Shown here piece by piece: positions 31,909 through 36,014 of a stretch of 36,014 bases of DNA; the first letter of the stretch is position 1, and the number at the start of each line of letters is the position of its first letter. Location of the stretch: the IMG/VR virus record IMGVR_UViG_3300016667_000529, positions 1 through 36,014 of that record. One strand, written 5' to 3'. The position numbers and the translations under genes were made by a program. A model generated the notes under the pieces. It made no database searches, was not told where the DNA came from, and saw nothing but the letters and a program-made list of their open reading frames with translations. The DNA is from a virus. Taxonomy: Duplodnaviria > Caudoviricetes.

Positions 31909-32067
31909 ATGATGCGGGAGTGGTTTCCAGAGGCGCGGGTTATCTGTGAGTGCGGTGAGGCGCGGGACGTGTGCCCGGCCGGGTGTTCGTGGCTGAAGCG
32001 TGCGCGCGAGGGCGTGCGCGAGTGGCTTGCGCGGGGTGATGAGGTTGTGGCCGGAGATAATGAATGA
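31909..32067 (+). CDS. Small Cys-containing hypothetical protein (start uncertain)
   Basis: MMREWFPEARVICECGEARDVCPAGCSWL..; ATGA-coupled to terL. Confidence 0.4.
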   Translation: MMREWFPEARVICECGEARDVCPAGCSWLKRAREGVREWLARGDEVVAGDNE

Positions 32068-33605
32068 CCCACACCCCGGGCGAGATGGATTTCGACGCAC
32101 TGGTCGCGGAGTTGATTGCCCGCGAGGAGGCGATGGAGTCGCTCGCCGCGTATATTGAGTACGTATCCGGCCTGAAGCCGCCGCCGCACATTCGGTTGGT
32201 GTGCGAGAAGCTGGAGCAGGTGGCAGCCGGGAAGCTGAAACGCCTGATGATATCCATGCCTCCGGGCCACGCGAAGTCGTTCACCGCGTCGCAGCACTTT
32301 CCGGCGTGGTTTCTGGCGAAGTACCCGGATAAGAACCTGATGTGCGCGTCGCACACGCAGGAGCTGTCGGACAGTTTCGGCCTCAAGGTCCGCAATATCG
32401 TGAAATCCGACGAGCACAGGCGGATTTTCCCGGAGTCTGGCATCAGCAGCGATAAAACCGCGGCCGGCGAGTGGATGACGCTGGGAGGCGGGTCGTATAA
32501 AGCCACCGCAGTAGGCGCATCGCCGACCGGACGCCGAGCGCACCTGATCATCGGGGACGATCTGCTTTCAGGGATCGAGGCCGCGGAGAGTGAATCGCAC
32601 CGAAAGAAGCTGTGGGCGTGGTACCAGAACGACCTGTTCACGCGGCGCGTGGACGACGACACGCCCATCATCCTGATCGGGACCCGTTGGCACATCGGAG
32701 ACCACTTCGGGCGGCTGGATCAGGAAGAACGCGACGGAACCGGCGAGAAATGGGAGCGGATCATCTTCCCGGCACTGGCGCTCGAGAACGATCCGCTGGG
32801 CCGGGAACCCGGTGAGGCGCTCTGGCCGGAGCAGTTCAGCAAGGAAGGGCTCGAGGCCATCCGCAGGCGGTCCAGCACCACGGCGCGGATCTGGTCGTCG
32901 CTCTATCAGCAGAACCCGGTCGTCGAAAATGGCGGGATCATCGACCAGACGTGGTTTAAATGGTGGCGATCAGCCGACCCACCGAAGATTAAATACGTGA
33001 TCCAGTCGTGGGATACCGCGCTCACGGCGAATAAAACGTCCGCGTACAGCGCCAGCACGACGTGGGGCGTGTTCGATGACGACAATGACATCCCGAACCT
33101 GATCCTGCTGTCGGCATGGCGAGACCGCGTCGAATGGCCGATCTTGCGCAGGCAAGTGCAGCGCATGGCCAAGGACTATCGCGACGACAATTATCGCGTT
33201 CCGATCAAGCCGGTGCGCGGGCGTCAGCCCGATACCATACTGGTCGAGGCCAAGGCGAACGGGCAGATGCTGATCCACGACCTTGCGCGGGCAGGAATCG
33301 TGGCGACGAAGTTCAATCCGGATAAGTTCGGCGACAAGATCGCGCGCGTCAGGCTGGTCACTGACCTGATCGAGAACGGGCGTGTGTGGCTGCCGGCTCA
33401 GGGGCCGACGTACGAGACGCTCAGGCCGTGGGCCGCTGACTTTCTGGAGCAGTGCGTGCAGTTCCCGGCCTCGGACGCGCGCGACTGGGTCGACACGATG
33501 ACGATGGCGTTCCTCCGGGTGAAGCAATCCGGGTGGGTCGCGAACACTGAAGACCCACACGAAGAACACTACGACACGCCAGCCGAGAGGGTGGCATTCT
33601 ATTAA
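32064..33605 (+). CDS. terL: Terminase large subunit
   Basis: ISMPPGHAKS (Walker A), LIIGDD (Walker B), IGTRWH, LYQQNP, QSWDTA, VEAKANG, DWVDT nuclease motifs. Confidence 0.96.
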   Translation: MTHTPGEMDFDALVAELIAREEAMESLAAYIEYVSGLKPPPHIRLVCEKLEQVAAGKLKRLMISMPPGHAKSFTASQHFPAWFLAKYPDKNLMCASHTQELSDSFGLKVRNIVKSDEHRRIFPESGISSDKTAAGEWMTLGGGSYKATAVGASPTGRRAHLIIGDDLLSGIEAAESESHRKKLWAWYQNDLFTRRVDDDTPIILIGTRWHIGDHFGRLDQEERDGTGEKWERIIFPALALENDPLGREPGEALWPEQFSKEGLEAIRRRSSTTARIWSSLYQQNPVVENGGIIDQTWFKWWRSADPPKIKYVIQSWDTALTANKTSAYSASTTWGVFDDDNDIPNLILLSAWRDRVEWPILRRQVQRMAKDYRDDNYRVPIKPVRGRQPDTILVEAKANGQMLIHDLARAGIVATKFNPDKFGDKIARVRLVTDLIENGRVWLPAQGPTYETLRPWAADFLEQCVQFPASDARDWVDTMTMAFLRVKQSGWVANTEDPHEEHYDTPAERVAFY

Positions 33606-33625
33606 GCGACGTGATAGGAATTGGC

Positions 33626-35974
33626 ATGGCTCGGAAACCCACCTCGCTCGCTGACACGCTGCGCCCTGCTTTCGAGGGCATCGGCGGCGTCGATGTTGAC
33701 ACGCCTGAAGGCGATATCGAGATCGAAATCCCCGATGATGAGGGTGAGATGGTCGATGGCGCACTGGTCATCGAAAACGAAGACGGATCGGTCGACATCG
33801 ATTTCGCGCCAGAGATGGGCGGGGCGCTGGATATCGAGGACCAGAACGCGAATCTGGCCGAATACATGTCCGAAATGGACCTTGCCGGCCTGTCGCAGGC
33901 GCTGATGCAGGGCGTCGAAGAGGACCGCGAGAGCCGTTCTGACTGGGAAACCACGATGACGCGGGGCATCGAGCTGCTCGGCCTGAAGTTCGAGGACCGC
34001 ACCACGCCGTTCAAGGGCGCATGCGGCGTGTTCGACCCGCTCATGGCGGAGGCCGTCATCCGCTGGCAGGCTGTAGCGCGCGGAGAGCTGATGCCAGCCG
34101 CAGGACCGGTGAAGACGCAGGTGATCGGCGTCCCGAACCCGGCGCTGGACGACCAAGCGAGCCGCGTCAAGGAATGGATGAACCTGTACCTGACGGAGCT
34201 GGCGCCGGAGTACTACGAAGAATTCGACCAGATGCTGATGTGGCTGCCGCTGGTCGGCTCCACGTTCAAGAAGGTCTATCAGGATCCGGTGCTGGCACGC
34301 CCGGTCGCCCGGTTCGTGACGCCGCAGAACTTCATCGTGTCCTACGGCACGAGCGATCTGTCCACGTCGCCGCGGTACGCCCACATCGTCCACATGACGC
34401 GCAAGGCAATGCGTCAGGCGCAGATCTCTGGCCAGTATCGCGACGTCGATCTGGGCGAGCCTGAGGCGCTCGAGGACGGGTCGCCGCTGCAGGCCGAGGT
34501 CGACTCCACGCAGGGCGTTCAGCCGGGCGCTGAGGGCGTCGAGGACTACAAAGTATACGAGGTCTACGCCGATCTTGACCTCAAGGGCTTCGAGAACGAG
34601 GACGGCATACCGCTGCCGTACGTCGTGTCCATCGAGACCCACAGCCGCAAGGTGCTGGCGATCCGCCGTAACTGGAAGGCGGGGGACTTATCGTTCCAGA
34701 AAAAGGCGCACTTCGTCCACTATAAGTTCATGCCGGGGCTCGGGTTCTATGGCCTCGGTTACGCGCACATCCTCGGGAACAGCGCGAAGACCGCCACGTC
34801 GATCCGGCGCCAGCTCATCGACGCCGGCACGCTGAATAACTTCCCGGGCGGCCTGCGCGTCAAGGGTATGCGGATCGAGGACAACAACCTCGGGATCGGG
34901 CCCACCGAGTTCCGCGAAATCGATACGGGTGGCCTGCCCATCCAGAACGCGATCATGCCGATGCCCTATAAGGAGCCGTCGCAGGTATCGCTTGCTCTCC
35001 TCAAGGAGACGTACGAAGGTGCTCGTAATCTCGCCAACACGGCAGAGATTGCGGTGGGCGATGGTCGTCAGGACGCTCCGGTGGGAACCACCGTCGCGTT
35101 GATGGAAGCGGCGACCCGCGTCCAGTCCGCTACCCTCAAGCGGTCGCACAAATCACTCGGCCAAGAACTGAAGATGATCGCCGACCTGTTCGGTGAACAC
35201 CTGCCTGACGCCCCGTATCCGTTCCCGGTGCGCGGCGGCATGAAGGCGATCATGCGTCAGGACTTCGTCACGAACGTCGACGTCATCCCGGTCAGCGACC
35301 CGAACATCTCGTCGTCGGCCCAGCGCATGATGCGCGCAGAGGCGCTGCTCCGCTTTGCGACCCAGCAGCCGGAGCTGCACGACCTGACCGTCGCGTTCCG
35401 GCAGATGTATCGCGAGATGGGCATCGACGAGCAGATCGTAGAGATGATCCTGCCGAACAAGCAGAAGCAGGCCGTCCCGCTGGATCCGCTCACGGAGAAC
35501 CAGAACGCGATCATGGGTATGCCGCTCAAGGCTGCGGAGTATCAGGATCACGACGCGCACATCGCTGCTCACGCGCCGATTGCCGGCGAGAACCCGAACC
35601 TGCAGGCGCACATCAACGAGCACTTGGCGCTCAAGCTGCGGGTTCAGGTGCAGCAGATGATCGGCCAGCAGCTTCCGCCCCCGGGCCAACCCATGCCGCC
35701 CGAGCTGGAGAACCAGCTGGCGATTGCAGTGGCTCAGGCGATGCAGCAGCTGGCGCCGATGTACAAGCCGCAGCAGGAGCAGCAGGTCGATCCTCTCGTG
35801 CAGGTCGAGGCGTCCAAGGTTGAGCAGAAGGCCACTAGCGATAAGCGCGATGCTGATGTAAAGATGGCAATCGCGGAGCTGAAGTATCGCAGCGACGAGG
35901 AAGACCGGAAAACGAAGGAACGCATCGAGGGGCTGAAGATCGCCGCAGAGGCCGCTCGCAATCTTGGAGATTAG
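33626..35974 (+). CDS. Portal protein (P22-like podovirus type)
   Basis: Follows terL; SRSDWE, GSTFKKVY, PGLGFYGLG, RQLIDAGTLNN, APVGTTVALME motifs and a Gln-rich C-terminal barrel. Confidence 0.9.
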   Translation: MARKPTSLADTLRPAFEGIGGVDVDTPEGDIEIEIPDDEGEMVDGALVIENEDGSVDIDFAPEMGGALDIEDQNANLAEYMSEMDLAGLSQALMQGVEEDRESRSDWETTMTRGIELLGLKFEDRTTPFKGACGVFDPLMAEAVIRWQAVARGELMPAAGPVKTQVIGVPNPALDDQASRVKEWMNLYLTELAPEYYEEFDQMLMWLPLVGSTFKKVYQDPVLARPVARFVTPQNFIVSYGTSDLSTSPRYAHIVHMTRKAMRQAQISGQYRDVDLGEPEALEDGSPLQAEVDSTQGVQPGAEGVEDYKVYEVYADLDLKGFENEDGIPLPYVVSIETHSRKVLAIRRNWKAGDLSFQKKAHFVHYKFMPGLGFYGLGYAHILGNSAKTATSIRRQLIDAGTLNNFPGGLRVKGMRIEDNNLGIGPTEFREIDTGGLPIQNAIMPMPYKEPSQVSLALLKETYEGARNLANTAEIAVGDGRQDAPVGTTVALMEAATRVQSATLKRSHKSLGQELKMIADLFGEHLPDAPYPFPVRGGMKAIMRQDFVTNVDVIPVSDPNISSSAQRMMRAEALLRFATQQPELHDLTVAFRQMYREMGIDEQIVEMILPNKQKQAVPLDPLTENQNAIMGMPLKAAEYQDHDAHIAAHAPIAGENPNLQAHINEHLALKLRVQVQQMIGQQLPPPGQPMPPELENQLAIAVAQAMQQLAPMYKPQQEQQVDPLVQVEASKVEQKATSDKRDADVKMAIAELKYRSDEEDRKTKERIEGLKIAAEAARNLGD

Positions 35975-35976
35975 GA

Positions 35977-36014
35977 ATGGCTGATAACTCGATGCGCAGC
36001 AAGGCCGCTGCGAT
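35977..36014 (+). CDS. Start of the next late gene (truncated)
   Basis: ATG after GGAG/AGGA; MADNSMRSKAAA.. open to the window end. Confidence 0.45.
   Translation, partial: MADNSMRSKAAA

Noticed and set aside
1-36014. Integrase/att site, CI repressor, reverse transcriptase/DGR, stop-codon reassignment
   Set aside because: No recognisable motifs. Core genes read intact in the standard code and all three stop codons are used. Lifestyle cannot be decided because part of the genome is outside the window.

Overview
This window is about 36 kb of a GC-rich tailed phage genome. The portal and internal virion/ejection genes look podovirus-like. The host is probably an alphaproteobacterium, inferred from the SSB sequence. 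Layout: (i) 1-10343 (+) is the end of the late operon, with three Gly/Ala-rich or coiled-coil ejection-type proteins and a 2125-aa polyvalent protein (HExxH peptidase-like motif, two ADP-ribosyltransferase-like domains, LPD38-like C-terminus). (ii) 10361-30007 (-) is the early/middle arm: SSB, RecT, YqaJ exonuclease, VRR-NUC, SF2 helicase, a split primase-helicase, MazG-like, DUF6378-like, Ead/Ea22-like, several Cro-like HTH proteins, many coupled small ORFs, and an AT-rich origin-like region. (iii) A control region at about 30.0-30.97 kb. (iv) 30970-end (+) holds terS, terL and the portal. No integrase, CI repressor, capsid, CRISPR array, tRNA or rRNA gene is recognisable. The most unusual signals are an early cassette (promoter, ~330-nt structured RNA, second promoter, Arg-rich lambda-N-like protein, six-hairpin array), a second promoter-driven ~200-nt RNA with two identical T-loop-like arms, and a TonB-box-like motif in an ejection protein. 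All family calls are from motif recognition by eye; no searches or folding programs were run.
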